The notes under the pieces: model-generated
The model's input: the letters and a program-made list of their open reading frames with translations, nothing else
What the model was told of the DNA's origin: nothing
Database searches by the model: none
Virus record (IMG/VR): IMGVR_UViG_2778261456_000009
Location: 1-39,770 of that record
Source of the DNA: a virus
Lineage: Duplodnaviria; Heunggongvirae; Uroviricota; Caudoviricetes
DNA: 39,770 bases
Strand: one strand, 5' to 3'
Position numbers and translations under genes: made by a program
Shown: positions 27,924 through 37,425 of the stretch, one piece after another
Layout: every line of letters begins with the position of its first letter
Position numbering within the stretch: the first letter of the stretch is position 1

Positions 27924-28662
27924 TGGTTGCCTCCTGGCAAAGCTGGGCGACAATATCGCGATATTTATTCAGCTCCCGCAGCGCGACACAGACTCGCTCC
28001 CATTTCCGGATATCACTTTTCGCCCGACGCAGTTCGCGGTTTGCCTGTCGCAGCGATGGCAGAACCAGATTATCCACTCGCTTCTCAAGCGGCTGCACAA
28101 TGTCTGCCACAGTTTCTGTTTTAATATCTTCCTGTGTTGCAGCTTCCTGTCCCGGTAACGCAACACCTGCTGGTTGAGGAAAGGCCTTACCATCACTTTC
28201 CGTTACCAGCGCGGCTTTCGGCTCTGCTGGTAAATTATCGCCCGGCATGCAGTAACGAAATTTACCGTTCTGATTAACGCGTGCCAGCCGCCCCGTTGCG
28301 GTTACCACCGCCAGCGTGGAAGCAACCTTGCGAGTACTGACACCGAACTTACCCGCCAGTTCCTCACACGTTTTAGCCCCATCCTGACCGATAAACTCAA
28401 TCATCATGTCTGCGGTAACTTTTTGTTCGACCTCCCCGGTCAGCATATCCTGTGCTTCAGATTTTACTGGCCGCTCTTCGGTTACCCGGGATTCACCTTC
28501 GCCAGCCAGAGACCAGGTGTGACCAGTTTTATCAACAACGCCATTTCTTTTGAGTTCCCACAGCTCGTTGACAGCCTCTTCACGACTGATATCAAGTCGC
28601 GCAGCCAGTTCTACCGACGTGGCTTTTCCCATTGCTTTCAGTGCGTCAAATACAGTTTCCAT
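27910..28662 (-). CDS. Replication-module protein with N-terminal winged-helix-like domain (DUF1627-like)
   Basis: Start set at ATG 28662 with GGGAGG RBS; sits between DnaC-like gene and ead-like genes. Confidence 0.5.
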   Translation of the reverse strand: METVFDALKAMGKATSVELAARLDISREEAVNELWELKRNGVVDKTGHTWSLAGEGESRVTEERPVKSEAQDMLTGEVEQKVTADMMIEFIGQDGAKTCEELAGKFGVSTRKVASTLAVVTATGRLARVNQNGKFRYCMPGDNLPAEPKAALVTESDGKAFPQPAGVALPGQEAATQEDIKTETVADIVQPLEKRVDNLVLPSLRQANRELRRAKSDIRKWERVCVALRELNKYRDIVAQLCQEATSEQD

Positions 28663-28684
28663 TAAAATTTCCTCCCGGTAAAAA

Positions 28685-29431
28685 TCACTTCGCAATTCCT
28701 GGCTGGACGACATTCGGACGCCAGCTCTCCCAGTTAAAATTCACCCATCGCCCGCCGTTCATGGTCATGCGATCCATAATCCGCTCGCCGAGCAATGTTT
28801 TCATGGCCTCATAGTTCAGGTTTGTCAGCATCCCCACGCTGCGCATCGACGCTGTCCGGCGATCAACAATCTGGTGCAGCACCACCTGCTCGTTTTTTGT
28901 CTCGCGCTGAATGCCAATTTCATCAAGAACCAGCAGATCCACTTGGCACAGTTCCCGCAAAAATTTTTCGCCTGATTGCCCGTCGTCATAGCTGGCGTGT
29001 AGAGCACTCATGACATCAGCCACGGTAACCACAATCACTGTCTGGCCATCTTTCAGCAGGCGATTCCCGATAGCCGCCGCCAGATGGTTTTTTCCGGTAC
29101 CAGGTTTTCCGCTGAACGCAAAATTTGTACACCCGGTCATCAGTTCATCAGCGATAGATTTCGCCTGGTTCAACGCGTATCGCTGACCGTCGTTCTGCAC
29201 CTGGTAATTCGCAAACGAGCATTTGCGGTGCAATGGCTGGATGCCAGAGCGATTCAGAATTTTTTCCACCCGCAACTGACGATTCTGACGGTTGATCTCC
29301 TCACAACGTTTCTGGCCTTCGGAAAGTTGCCACTCGCGCCACTCCGCTACCGTTTTGAATGGGGCGGTTACATGTGGCGGGGCCAGTCTGCGGATACGTT
29401 CAAGAATGCCTCCTGCCGCAATATTTTTCAT
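28685..29431 (-). CDS. DnaC-like helicase loader
   Basis: Walker [16 protein letters not shown] and Walker [10 protein letters not shown]; directly downstream of initiator gene. Confidence 0.85.
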   Translation of the reverse strand: MKNIAAGGILERIRRLAPPHVTAPFKTVAEWREWQLSEGQKRCEEINRQNRQLRVEKILNRSGIQPLHRKCSFANYQVQNDGQRYALNQAKSIADELMTGCTNFAFSGKPGTGKNHLAAAIGNRLLKDGQTVIVVTVADVMSALHASYDDGQSGEKFLRELCQVDLLVLDEIGIQRETKNEQVVLHQIVDRRTASMRSVGMLTNLNYEAMKTLLGERIMDRMTMNGGRWVNFNWESWRPNVVQPGIAK

Positions 29432-29437
29432 GGTCAG

Positions 29438-30568
29438 TTACCCCCTGAAGCCTGGCGGGATCGCACTATCCGGTAACGAGACGGTGTTAACCTGTCGGAG
29501 TAACGTCTCAGGTCGAACACCTTTTGGCGCGAACAAGCCCTGGTATTCATTGGCGATGCTGTGTCGAATCACCTGCTCAGGTGAAAAACCCTGCTGGCGG
29601 AATTTTTCCAGCTCCCGTATCGCCCCGTTAGCGCCCTGCTCCGTTCGAATTGGTTTTCGCAATGCCTGCCTGAACTGGACCCACTCATGCCAGAGTGTTT
29701 CCGGCAACCAATCGGGCAGAGCAACTGACAACGGGTCGAATTTTTTCTGGCGAACCGCCCCACCGATAACCAGAATTCCCTGCTCGGTGTGCCTTGCGAT
29801 ATCACTGCGCCGCAAGACACATATCCCGGTTTCAACAGCACCGATTTTGAGCAATGATTTTTGTCGTGGAGAATTTCGGTCAAGTTCGATCCCACACCGG
29901 ACACCGTTCCTGTCAGTCACGACGATATCAATCCGCCCTCCGCAGCCGTCTCCACGCTCTGGTACCGGATACTCACGACAGACATCCAGGCCAGCAGCCT
30001 GCAACGCCGCCACCGCAGAATTACAAAATTCTGCTGCAGTACCGCCAGACAATCTCCCCTCAAGCACTCCAGCCACAAAATCCCGAAACTCCCTTCCGGA
30101 AGGGAAGGGTTTGGGATGGGTTAGATCAGTATTTATATCTTCCTCTTCCTCTTCCTCTGGTAACGCTTTTTGATCCGTTTGTGTAACGCTGCCAGCGTTA
30201 CCTTTTCGTTTCAGTTCGCGTATTTTTGTTACTCGCTCGTTTGTAACCGCCCGTTTTTTAGAGCTTTTCCCGTTATGACGTTCAAAGTTAGGTAGAGAAA
30301 GCCCACCGTCATTTTCGACCAGCCATCCAACCTGAATTAACGCATCAGCAAAACCAGCCATAAAAGTGATGCGATCTATTGCACTTTTTGTAACGCCGCG
30401 AGCGTTACAATCTGCATTACCGTCTATCATTTGTTGATCCGCCCATGCCCAGAAGCGAATAACCTTCCCTAATGCGGCATCTGGATCAATATTCAGAATC
30501 TCAGCAAGCCTGAATATTTCCGGCTTATCCGGCGTAATAACCTCGAGCTTTATCCAGTTTGAAGCCAT
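29438..30568 (-). CDS. Replication initiation protein (replisome organizer N-terminus, DnaT-like C-terminus)
   Basis: 376 aa; acidic linker (EEEEEED); C-terminal region resembles DnaT-like domain of lambdoid O-type proteins; followed by DnaC-like gene. Confidence 0.7.
   Translation of the reverse strand: MASNWIKLEVITPDKPEIFRLAEILNIDPDAALGKVIRFWAWADQQMIDGNADCNARGVTKSAIDRITFMAGFADALIQVGWLVENDGGLSLPNFERHNGKSSKKRAVTNERVTKIRELKRKGNAGSVTQTDQKALPEEEEEEDINTDLTHPKPFPSGREFRDFVAGVLEGRLSGGTAAEFCNSAVAALQAAGLDVCREYPVPERGDGCGGRIDIVVTDRNGVRCGIELDRNSPRQKSLLKIGAVETGICVLRRSDIARHTEQGILVIGGAVRQKKFDPLSVALPDWLPETLWHEWVQFRQALRKPIRTEQGANGAIRELEKFRQQGFSPEQVIRHSIANEYQGLFAPKGVRPETLLRQVNTVSLPDSAIPPGFRG
30183..30201. repeat. 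19-bp perfect palindrome GTAACGCTG-C-CAGCGTTAC (copy 1 of 3)
   Basis: Read directly; inside initiator gene about 125 codons from its start; a related GTTAC-N10-GTAAC element lies at 30228-30247. Confidence 0.5.
30389..30409. repeat. Palindrome TGTAACGC-CGCGA-GCGTTACA (copy 2 of 3)
   Basis: Read directly; inside initiator gene about 55 codons from its start. Confidence 0.5.
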
Positions 30569-30580
30569 TTGTTTTCACCT

Positions 30581-30601
30581 TGTAACGCTCGCAGCGTTAC
30601 A
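30581..30601. repeat. Palindrome TGTAACGC-TCGCA-GCGTTACA (copy 3 of 3)
   Basis: Read directly; 13-33 nt upstream of initiator ATG (30568). Confidence 0.5.
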
Positions 30602-30645
30602 TTTAACTGATACCGAACAAAACAATCCGGCACGATTAATTTCAA

Positions 30646-31068
30646 TCAATGCACTACGACAGAATCGCCGGGCGACCCACCACCGCTGAAATGTGCTTTC
30701 CGGTAAACGGCCTGTACTGCATCATCATGCGCATCAATTGCCGTACTCAACGCTTCCTGCGCCGCCAGTAATGCACGGCGTTCCAGGGTATCGAAGATGC
30801 AGAGTCGGTGACGCAGCTCGCGCGGAAGAATTGCCAGAACCGCAGGGATGAGTTTCTGAATTTTTTCCCTTTGCGCTTTCGTTTCACCTTTCAACCAACG
30901 GTGATAGATATTCTGCTGATTGTTCCAGTCCTTGCCTGGTACAAGGGGCAATTCGCCGCCCCCCTGGCGCAGATATTCTTCAGTAATTGCGTTAGCGACC
31001 CACGCCTGCCCTTTTTCGGCTGCCAGGGCTAACAACACTGATTCGATGTGCTCATGCCTGATTTTCAT
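30646..31068 (-). CDS. ydaT: YdaT-like (CII-position) protein
   Basis: 140 aa, near-identical to recalled Rac YdaT (MKI.HEHIESVL.ALAAEKGQAWVANAITEEYLRQGGGELPLVPGKDW...); ATGA overlap with upstream cro-like gene. Confidence 0.65.
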   Translation of the reverse strand: MKIRHEHIESVLLALAAEKGQAWVANAITEEYLRQGGGELPLVPGKDWNNQQNIYHRWLKGETKAQREKIQKLIPAVLAILPRELRHRLCIFDTLERRALLAAQEALSTAIDAHDDAVQAVYRKAHFSGGGSPGDSVVVH

Positions 31069-31310
31069 GAATCAACCGCTCCTATGCTGTTTTCGCTATG
31101 CTTACCGTCTGGGGGGAATACATCGTCAAGTCCACAATGAGCACCAAGCCGATTAAGGGTAGAAACAATTTTTCTGCACTCCTCTAGCCCAGGGGTACGA
31201 AAATTTGCTTCGTAATTTGCCAGTCGGCTTTGTATCCACCCTAACTGAACAGCAAGTTGTCTTTGAGACAGCCCAAGCTGTTTTCGATATGTTGAAATTT
31301 TGTTCATCAT
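31065..31310 (-). CDS. Cro-like HTH regulator
   Basis: 81 aa with HTH (LGLSQRQLAVQLGWIQSRLANYE); AGGAGG RBS; divergent from repressor gene. Confidence 0.65.
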   Translation of the reverse strand: MMNKISTYRKQLGLSQRQLAVQLGWIQSRLANYEANFRTPGLEECRKIVSTLNRLGAHCGLDDVFPPDGKHSENSIGAVDS

Positions 31311-31329
31311 TACCTCCTGTTTCTATTAT

Positions 31330-31391
31330 TCACATTTCGTGAGTGAGATCAACTACAGATACGTGAGTACCGCCAATTTCACACATCGTGA
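31330..31391. promoter_or_regulatory. OR-like operator cluster with divergent promoters
   Basis: TCACATTTCGTGA (31330-31342), TACAGATACGTGA (31354-31366), TCACACATCGTGA (31379-31391), centres 24-25 bp apart; minus-strand -35 TTGATC / -10 ATAATA flank site 1; TAAAAT (31392-31397) 7 nt before repressor ATG implies leaderless mRNA. Confidence 0.5.
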
Positions 31392-31404
31392 TAAAATCGG
31401 AACT

Positions 31405-31794
31405 ATGAAAACGATTGCAGAACAAATAGGCGAGCGCCTAAAAGCCACTCGCCTAAATCGAGGATTAAGTATGGGAAACCTGGCAAAACTATGTGGTTGG
31501 TCAGGTTCTTCTCGTATTGCTAACTACGAAGCTGGCACCAGGAGTGTGGGGGCTGAGGATGCGATCATCCTCGGCCAAGTACTAGGCATTTCCCCCGCAG
31601 AATTAATGTTCGGTGAACAGGAAAACACGTACTCATGGTTAAATGATAACCAGAAAAAAATGCTAGAGCTGTTTAATCAGCTCCCGGGATCAGAACAAGC
31701 ACGCATGATTGATCTGTTCGAAATCCGTCTTCAAGAGCTTGATGAGTATGTGGAAAAATATCTAAGAAGCAGGCAACAGAAAAAATCCTCCTAA
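31405..31794 (+). CDS. CI-like prophage repressor
   Basis: 130 aa from first ATG; N-terminal HTH (RGLSMGNLAKLCGWSGSSRIANYEAG); divergent to cro-like gene; followed by strong terminator. Confidence 0.7.
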   Translation: MKTIAEQIGERLKATRLNRGLSMGNLAKLCGWSGSSRIANYEAGTRSVGAEDAIILGQVLGISPAELMFGEQENTYSWLNDNQKKMLELFNQLPGSEQARMIDLFEIRLQELDEYVEKYLRSRQQKKSS

Positions 31795-31825
31795 ACCTTT
31801 AATCTCCCTCGATTCCAATCAAAAA

Positions 31826-31853
31826 GCTCTCGCTATTAGCGAGGGCTTTTTTT
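31826..31853 (+). terminator. Intrinsic terminator of repressor gene
   Basis: GCTCTCGCT-ATT-AGCGAGGGC followed by TTTTTTTG. Confidence 0.65.
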
Positions 31854-31882
31854 GTCCATCAAAAATCCAAAAACAACATTGC

Positions 31883-31919
31883 TCACATATTGAGTTGACA
31901 AATCACTCACGATATGTGA
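31883..31919. promoter_or_regulatory. OL-like operator pair with -35 hexamer (candidate early-left promoter)
   Basis: TCACATATTGAGT (31883-31895) and TCACGATATGTGA (31907-31919) flank TTGACA (31895-31900); outer 10-bp arms GCTCACATAT / ATATGTGAGC are exact reverse complements; -10 not convincing. Confidence 0.4.
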
Positions 31920-32098
31920 GCATTTGTCATATCCAAACAACGCCCCACCAGAGAACGGCAGGACAATACCTCGAGTTATCCAGCCACTGAACAGGGCTAA
32001 GTAGCCAGCCTGAGGCATACGAACATGACGGCAGTTGTTGATTGATACAAAGCGCAGTAGATAAAACGTTCCGCCACCCGGCGTTAAGGGGAAAAAAG

Positions 32099-32317
32099 AT
32101 GGTTGGTGAAGATCTGGTTGTTATTAACGGTCAATTGTGCAGCAAAGATGTGGCAGCCATGCTTATTAGCAAGGTTCTTCCAACTGTGCTGGAGGTCATT
32201 GCAGAAAAAGTAAAGGCTGGTCGTCCAGACAAGGAAGTTGAAGAGGCGGCAAAAACAGTTGTTCATGCCGCTACAGAAGCAATTATTTTGAAGAGCCTAG
32301 TTTCGCCCAAGCCTTAA
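32099..32317 (+). CDS. Hypothetical early-left protein
   Basis: 72 aa from ATG at 32099 preceded by AAGGGG; first ORF after OL-like region. Confidence 0.4.
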   Translation: MVGEDLVVINGQLCSKDVAAMLISKVLPTVLEVIAEKVKAGRPDKEVEEAAKTVVHAATEAIILKSLVSPKP

Positions 32318-32477
32318 GTGAATCGGCGCTTTTTTTAGCATCACGTTCATTGAGTAGTGACAAAAACTCATTCTCAGCATTCTCGATTTCCGAGAAAAAT
32401 TCTTGATGAGTTGTTTCTCGCTGCGATCTGATGCTGAAAGCTAAAGCAAGTAGCCAGGCTTTGTCTTTATTATCCAT
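32283..32477 (-). CDS. Hypothetical protein (weak call)
   Basis: 64-aa antisense-oriented ORF in early-left region; no strong RBS checked. Confidence 0.2.
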   Translation of the reverse strand: MDNKDKAWLLALAFSIRSQRETTHQEFFSEIENAENEFLSLLNERDAKKSADSLKAWAKLGSSK

Positions 32478-32872
32478 AGGAATACCTTATTACTGGTTGT
32501 GTGAGAACTCCAGTATACCACCGAGCCTGAAGTGGTAAAAAGACAGGCGCACAACACGAAGGCGCATTTCCGGTATTCATAAAGAGTCGGTCTTGTCTGT
32601 TAAATTTAAATGGTGGGAGTGCGCCTCCGGTTGTAAATAACGACATTGCTATGTGTAGTCTTTGGCGGCATCAGTTCTACTCCGTGGCTGCCCTGCCGCC
32701 CCTTTTTAAAGTGAATTTTGTGATTCGGTGAATGCGGCTAAGCGCACGCGGCACAGTTAAAAGCATCAGTGTTATGGGTGGATTATCCGGCGTTAATTGT
32801 TAACTGGTTAACGTCACCTGGAGGCACCAGGCACCGCATCGACAAAATTCATTTGTAAAAATGGAGATAATT

Positions 32873-33094
32873 ATGATTGCTCATCACTTCGGAACTGATG
32901 AAATACCACGTCAGTGTGTGACCCCTGGCGATTATGTTCTTCATGAAGGTCGGACATATATCGCCTCGGCAAACAATATTAAAAAGCGAAAACTTTATAT
33001 TCGTAGCCTGACTACAAAAACATGCATTTCTGACTGCATGATTAGAGTCTTCCTCGGTCGTGATGGTTTACCTGTAAAGGCGGAGTCATGGTAA
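32873..33094 (+). CDS. kilR: KilR, FtsZ-inhibiting killing protein
   Basis: [73 protein letters not shown] matches recalled Rac KilR; GGAG RBS. Confidence 0.9.
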   Translation: MIAHHFGTDEIPRQCVTPGDYVLHEGRTYIASANNIKKRKLYIRSLTTKTCISDCMIRVFLGRDGLPVKAESW

Positions 33095-33264
33095 TGACTA
33101 AGAAAATAAAATGTGCTTATCACCTTTGCAATAAAGAAATTGAAGAAAGCAAAATCATTACAAGACCACTTCATTTCATGCGTGGAGTTATACCAACGAC
33201 GGAAATGAAAAAATATTGTAGTGAAATCTGTGCCGAAAAAGACCAGATGGCACACGAACTTTAA
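33094..33264 (+). CDS. ydaE: YdaE-like zinc-binding protein
   Basis: 56 aa [12 protein letters not shown]...KYCSEICAEKDQMAHEL; found by hand (below track cut-off); ATG overlaps kilR stop. Confidence 0.8.
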   Translation: MTKKIKCAYHLCNKEIEESKIITRPLHFMRGVIPTTEMKKYCSEICAEKDQMAHEL

Positions 33265-33338
33265 TTAACTGACTATCCGAAACTGAATTTATGCCAGCAA
33301 TGGCAGGGATTCGCTCAACCTTAATTAAGGAGAAAAAC

Positions 33339-33608
33339 ATGATTACCAGTTATGAAGCCACTGTTGTTACTACTGATGACATTGTTCACGAAGTTACCCT
33401 GGAAGGAAAGCGTATTGGCTACGTGATTAAGACAGAAAATAAAGAAACCCCATTCACTGTGGTTGATATCGACGGTCCATCAGGCAACGTTAAAACACTT
33501 AACGATGGTGTTAAAAAAATGTGTCTGGTGCACATAGGAAAGAATCTGCCCGCAGAAAAAAAAAGCCGAATTTCTGGCAACTCTGATTGCAATGAAATTA
33601 AAAGGTGA
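33339..33608 (+). CDS. racC: RacC, with C-terminus altered by poly-A length
   Basis: MITSYEATVVTTDDIVHEVTLEGKRIGYVIKTENKETPFTVVDIDGPSGNVKT... matches recalled RacC to AEKK; A9 run (33556-33564) gives SRISGNSDCNEIKR instead of AEFLATLIAMKLKGEI; AAGGAG RBS. Confidence 0.7.
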   Translation: MITSYEATVVTTDDIVHEVTLEGKRIGYVIKTENKETPFTVVDIDGPSGNVKTLNDGVKKMCLVHIGKNLPAEKKSRISGNSDCNEIKR

Positions 33609-33613
33609 AATCT

Positions 33614-33644
33614 GAAAAAAAGAAAGCCTGCACACTGTGCAGGC
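33614..33644 (-). terminator. Antisense-oriented intrinsic terminator upstream of recE
   Basis: Stem GCCTGCAC/GTGCAGGC (8 bp, 3-nt loop) followed on the minus strand by TTTCTTTTTTTC; no U-run on plus strand. Confidence 0.4.
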
Positions 33645-33714
33645 CTGAGTGAAGAACCTGGGACATTTATTCATCACTCGCATTAATTTTAATCTGAGTT
33701 GAGGTTAAAAAACA

Positions 33715-36372
33715 ATGAGCACCGATAAACAAGTTTACCCACTGTATTACGAAGCAAAAAATGACAAAGTAAGAAAACGTCTCGGTATTAAAGGCGGTTT
33801 CTACTGGGCTGAAGCGAAAAAATTATCCATTGCCATCTCCCGTGGTGCTGTTGCGATTGACGATGCTGGCTACGATGAAGATGACTTTAAAAAACCTGTT
33901 CGCGTCAATTTGCCCGTTGTTGATGACCTTCCACCAGAAGGCGTATTTGATACGGAATTCTGCAACCGTTACGAAAAAGGCGGGGAAGATGGCATCACAA
34001 TGGTATTTATCGCGCCCTCATCCTCTGCGCAGGACAAACCAGCCAGCACTGACAATACCAATGTTAATGGCGAAGACATGACGGAGATTGAGGAGAATAT
34101 GCTACTCCCGATTTCCGGTCAGGAGCTGCCCATTCGCTGGCTTGCTCAACACGGCAGCGAAAAACCGGTAACGCACGTTTCACGCGACGAACTACAGGCA
34201 TTACACATTGCACGAGCTGAAGAACTACCAGCTGTTACTGCCCTGGCTGTTTCCCACAAAACCAGCCTGCTCGACCCGCTGGAAATTCGCGATCTCCACA
34301 AACTGGTGCGTGATACTGACAGAGTTTTCCCTAATCCAGGCAATTCAAGCCTGGGGCTGATGACTGCTTTTTTCGAAGCATACCTGGACGCAGACTACAC
34401 CGATCGCGGTCTGCTGACAAAAGAGTGGATGAAAGGAAATCGTGTTTCACGCATCACGCGCACGGCTTCCGGCGCTAATGCTGGCGGCGGGAACCTCACC
34501 GATCGCGGCGAAGGTTTCGTTCACGATCTGACGTCACTGGCGCGCGACGTAGCCACTGGCGTACTGGCTCGTTCAATGGACGTGGACATTTATAACCTTC
34601 ATCCGGCACACGCTAAACGTGTCGAGGAAATTATCGCTGAAAATAAACCGCCCTTTTCTGTTTTCCGCGACAAATTCATCACCATGCCTGGCGGGCTGGA
34701 TTATTCCCGCGCCATCGTGGTTGCGTCCGTAAAAGAAGCACCAATTGGGATCGAGGTTATCCCCGCACACGTCACTGAATATCTTAACAAAGTACTGACT
34801 GAAACTGATCATGCCAACCCTGATCCAGAAATCGTGGATATTGCCTGCGGTCGTTCCTCTGCCCCGATGCCGCAGCGTGTAACAGAAGAAGAAAAACAGG
34901 ATGATGAAGAAAAACTGCAACCATCTTGCGCAATGGCAGATGAACAGGCAACGGCTGAAACAGTGGAACCGGATGCAACTGAACATCATCAGGACACGCA
35001 GCCGCTGGATGCTCAGTCACAGGTAAATTCTGTTGATGCGAAATATCAGAAACTGCGGGCAGAACTCTATGAAGCCCGGAAAAACATTCCGCCCCAAAAT
35101 CCTGTCGATGCAGACAAATTACTGGCTGCCTCTCGCGGAGAATTTGTTGAAGGGATTAGCGACCCGAATGATCCGAAATGGGTTAAGGGGATCCAGACCC
35201 GCGATTCTGTGTACCAGAATCAGCCAGAAACGGAACAGAACGACCCAAATACGCAACAAAACGAGCCAGAAACGAAACAGCCTGAGCCAGTAGTGCAACA
35301 ACAGGAAACGGAGAAAGTTTGCACCGCCTGCGGTAAGGCTGGCGGCGGCAACTGTCCTGACTGTGGCGCGGTGATGGGCGACGCAACGTATCAGAAAACC
35401 TTTAATGAAGAAAATCAGAATGAATATCAGGAAAAAGGTCTGGAGGAAATGGAAGGTGCTGAACATCCGCACAATGAGAATGCTGGCAGCGATCCGCATC
35501 GCGATTGCAGTGATGAAACTGGCGAAGTCGCAGATACCGTAATCGTAGAAGACATAGAGCCAGGTATTTATTACGGAATTTCGAATGAGAATTACCACGC
35601 GGGTCCCGGTGTCAGTAAGTCTCAGCTCGATGACATTGCTGATACTCCGGCACTGTATTTGTGGCGTAAAAATGCCCCCGTGGACACTACAAAGACAAAA
35701 ACGCTCGATTTAGGAACCGCTTTCCACTGTCGGGTACTTGAACCGGAAGAATTCAGTAACCGCTTTATCGTAGCACCTGAATTTAACCGCCGTACAAACG
35801 CCGGAAAAGAAGAAGAGAAAGCGTTTCTGATGGAATGCGCAAGCACAGGAAAAACGGTTATCACTGCGGAAGAAGGCCGGAAAATTGAACTCATGTATCA
35901 AAGCGTTATGGCTTTGCCGCTGGGGCAATGGCTTGTTGAAAGCGCCGGACACGCTGAATCATCAATTTACTGGGAAGATCCGGAAACAGGAATTTTGTGT
36001 CGGTGCCGTCCGGACAAAATTATTCCTGAATTTCACTGGATCATGGACGTGAAAACCACAGCGGATATTCAACGATTCAAAACGGCTTATTACGACTACC
36101 GCTATCACGTTCAGGATGCATTCTACAGTGACGGTTATGAAGCACAGTTTGGCGTGCTGCCAACTTTCGTTTTTCTGGTTGCCAGCACAACTGTTGAATG
36201 CGGACGTTACCCGGTTGAGATTTTCATGATGGGCGAAGAAGCAAAACTGGCAGGCCAGCAGGAATATCACCGCAATCTGAGGACCCTGGCTGACTGCCTG
36301 AATACCGATGAATGGCCAGCTATTAAAACGTTATCACTGCCCCGCTGGGCTAAGGAGTATGCAAATGACTAA
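33715..36372 (+). CDS. recE: RecE, exonuclease VIII
   Basis: 885 aa; from about residue 110 near-identical to recalled K-12 RecE, including C-terminal nuclease domain; first about 100 aa diverge from recalled sequence. Confidence 0.95.
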   Translation: MSTDKQVYPLYYEAKNDKVRKRLGIKGGFYWAEAKKLSIAISRGAVAIDDAGYDEDDFKKPVRVNLPVVDDLPPEGVFDTEFCNRYEKGGEDGITMVFIAPSSSAQDKPASTDNTNVNGEDMTEIEENMLLPISGQELPIRWLAQHGSEKPVTHVSRDELQALHIARAEELPAVTALAVSHKTSLLDPLEIRDLHKLVRDTDRVFPNPGNSSLGLMTAFFEAYLDADYTDRGLLTKEWMKGNRVSRITRTASGANAGGGNLTDRGEGFVHDLTSLARDVATGVLARSMDVDIYNLHPAHAKRVEEIIAENKPPFSVFRDKFITMPGGLDYSRAIVVASVKEAPIGIEVIPAHVTEYLNKVLTETDHANPDPEIVDIACGRSSAPMPQRVTEEEKQDDEEKLQPSCAMADEQATAETVEPDATEHHQDTQPLDAQSQVNSVDAKYQKLRAELYEARKNIPPQNPVDADKLLAASRGEFVEGISDPNDPKWVKGIQTRDSVYQNQPETEQNDPNTQQNEPETKQPEPVVQQQETEKVCTACGKAGGGNCPDCGAVMGDATYQKTFNEENQNEYQEKGLEEMEGAEHPHNENAGSDPHRDCSDETGEVADTVIVEDIEPGIYYGISNENYHAGPGVSKSQLDDIADTPALYLWRKNAPVDTTKTKTLDLGTAFHCRVLEPEEFSNRFIVAPEFNRRTNAGKEEEKAFLMECASTGKTVITAEEGRKIELMYQSVMALPLGQWLVESAGHAESSIYWEDPETGILCRCRPDKIIPEFHWIMDVKTTADIQRFKTAYYDYRYHVQDAFYSDGYEAQFGVLPTFVFLVASTTVECGRYPVEIFMMGEEAKLAGQQEYHRNLRTLADCLNTDEWPAIKTLSLPRWAKEYAND

Positions 36373-37174
36373 GCAACCACCTATCGCAAAAGCCGATCTG
36401 CAAAAAACCCAGGGAAACCGTGCACCAGCAGCAGTAAAAAATAACGACGTGATCAGCTTTATTAATCAGCCATCAATGAAAGAGCAACTGGCAGCAGCTC
36501 TCCCACGCCATATGACGGCTGAACGAATGATACGTATCGCCACCACAGAAATTCGTAAGGTTCCGGCGCTAGGAAACTGTGACACCATGAGTTTTGTCAG
36601 TGCGATCGTTCAGTGTTCACAGCTCGGCCTTGAGCCAGGTAGCGCCCTCGGCCACGCATATTTACTGCCTTTTGGTAATAAAAACGAAAAGAGCGGTAAA
36701 AAGAACGTTCAGCTAATCATTGGTTATCGCGGCATGATTGATCTGGCTCGCCGTTCTGGTCAAATCGCCAGCCTGTCAGCCCGTGTTGTCCGTGAAGGTG
36801 ACGAGTTTAGTTTTGAATTTGGCCTTGATGAAAAGTTAATACACCGCCCGGGAGAAAACGAAGATGCACCAGTGACCCACGTCTATGCTGTCGCAAGACT
36901 GAAAGACGGAGGGACTCAGTTTGAAGTTATGACGCGCAAACAGATTGAACTGGTGCGCAGCCAGAGTAAGGCTGGTAATAACGGGCCATGGGTAACTCAC
37001 TGGGAAGAAATGGCAAAAAAAACGGCTATTCGTCGCCTGTTTAAATACCTGCCCGTATCAATTGAGATCCAGCGCGCGGTATCAATGGATGAAAAGGAAC
37101 CACTGACAATCGATCCGGCAGATTCCTCTGTATTAACCGGGGAATACAGTGTAATCGATAATTCAGAGGAATAA
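36365..37174 (+). CDS. recT: RecT, single-strand annealing protein
   Basis: 269 aa starting [24 protein letters not shown]..., matching recalled RecT; ATG overlaps recE stop; track start is over-extended. Confidence 0.95.
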   Translation: MTKQPPIAKADLQKTQGNRAPAAVKNNDVISFINQPSMKEQLAAALPRHMTAERMIRIATTEIRKVPALGNCDTMSFVSAIVQCSQLGLEPGSALGHAYLLPFGNKNEKSGKKNVQLIIGYRGMIDLARRSGQIASLSARVVREGDEFSFEFGLDEKLIHRPGENEDAPVTHVYAVARLKDGGTQFEVMTRKQIELVRSQSKAGNNGPWVTHWEEMAKKTAIRRLFKYLPVSIEIQRAVSMDEKEPLTIDPADSSVLTGEYSVIDNSEE

Positions 37175-37230
37175 TTCAGCTAGGCGGTGTAATGCACCGC
37201 CAACGTGAAATATTTTTTATGAGAACAATT

Positions 37231-37425
37231 ATGAGATATGACGATGTTAAACCATGTCCGTTTTGTGGTTGTCCATCAGTAACGGTGAAAGCCATTTCAG
37301 GATATTACCGCGCGAAGTGTAACGGATGCGAATCCCGAACCGGCTATGGTGGAAGTGAAAAAGAAGCACTCGAACGATGGAATAAACGAACCACTGGAAA
37401 TAATAATGGAGGTGTTCATGTATAA
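37231..37425 (+). CDS. ralR: RalR (Lar), restriction alleviation protein
   Basis: 64 aa MRYDDVKPCPFCGCPSVTVKAISGYYRAKCNGCESRTGYGGSEKEALERWNKRTTGNNNGGVHV matching recalled RalR. Confidence 0.9.
   Translation: MRYDDVKPCPFCGCPSVTVKAISGYYRAKCNGCESRTGYGGSEKEALERWNKRTTGNNNGGVHV

Noticed and set aside
29292-30186. Plus-strand ORFs (29292-30173, 29854-30186) antisense to the replication initiator gene
   Set aside because: Shadow ORFs with biased composition and no RBS; the minus-strand initiator has clear domain architecture.
30183-30601. Repeated palindromes as a possible CRISPR array
   Set aside because: Only three copies, about 200 bp apart, each an internal palindrome within coding sequence; no regular short spacers.
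26790-31404. Track start codons at TTG/GTG giving long N-terminal extensions (for example 26822, 28713, 31300; also 9300 and 19913)
   Set aside because: Each has an internal ATG with a good RBS and non-overlapping context; the extended forms overlap upstream genes and were trimmed.
34573-35598. Minus-strand ORFs inside recE (34573-34989, 35119-35598)
   Set aside because: Antisense to a near-certain recE coding region; hydrophobic, low-complexity translations.
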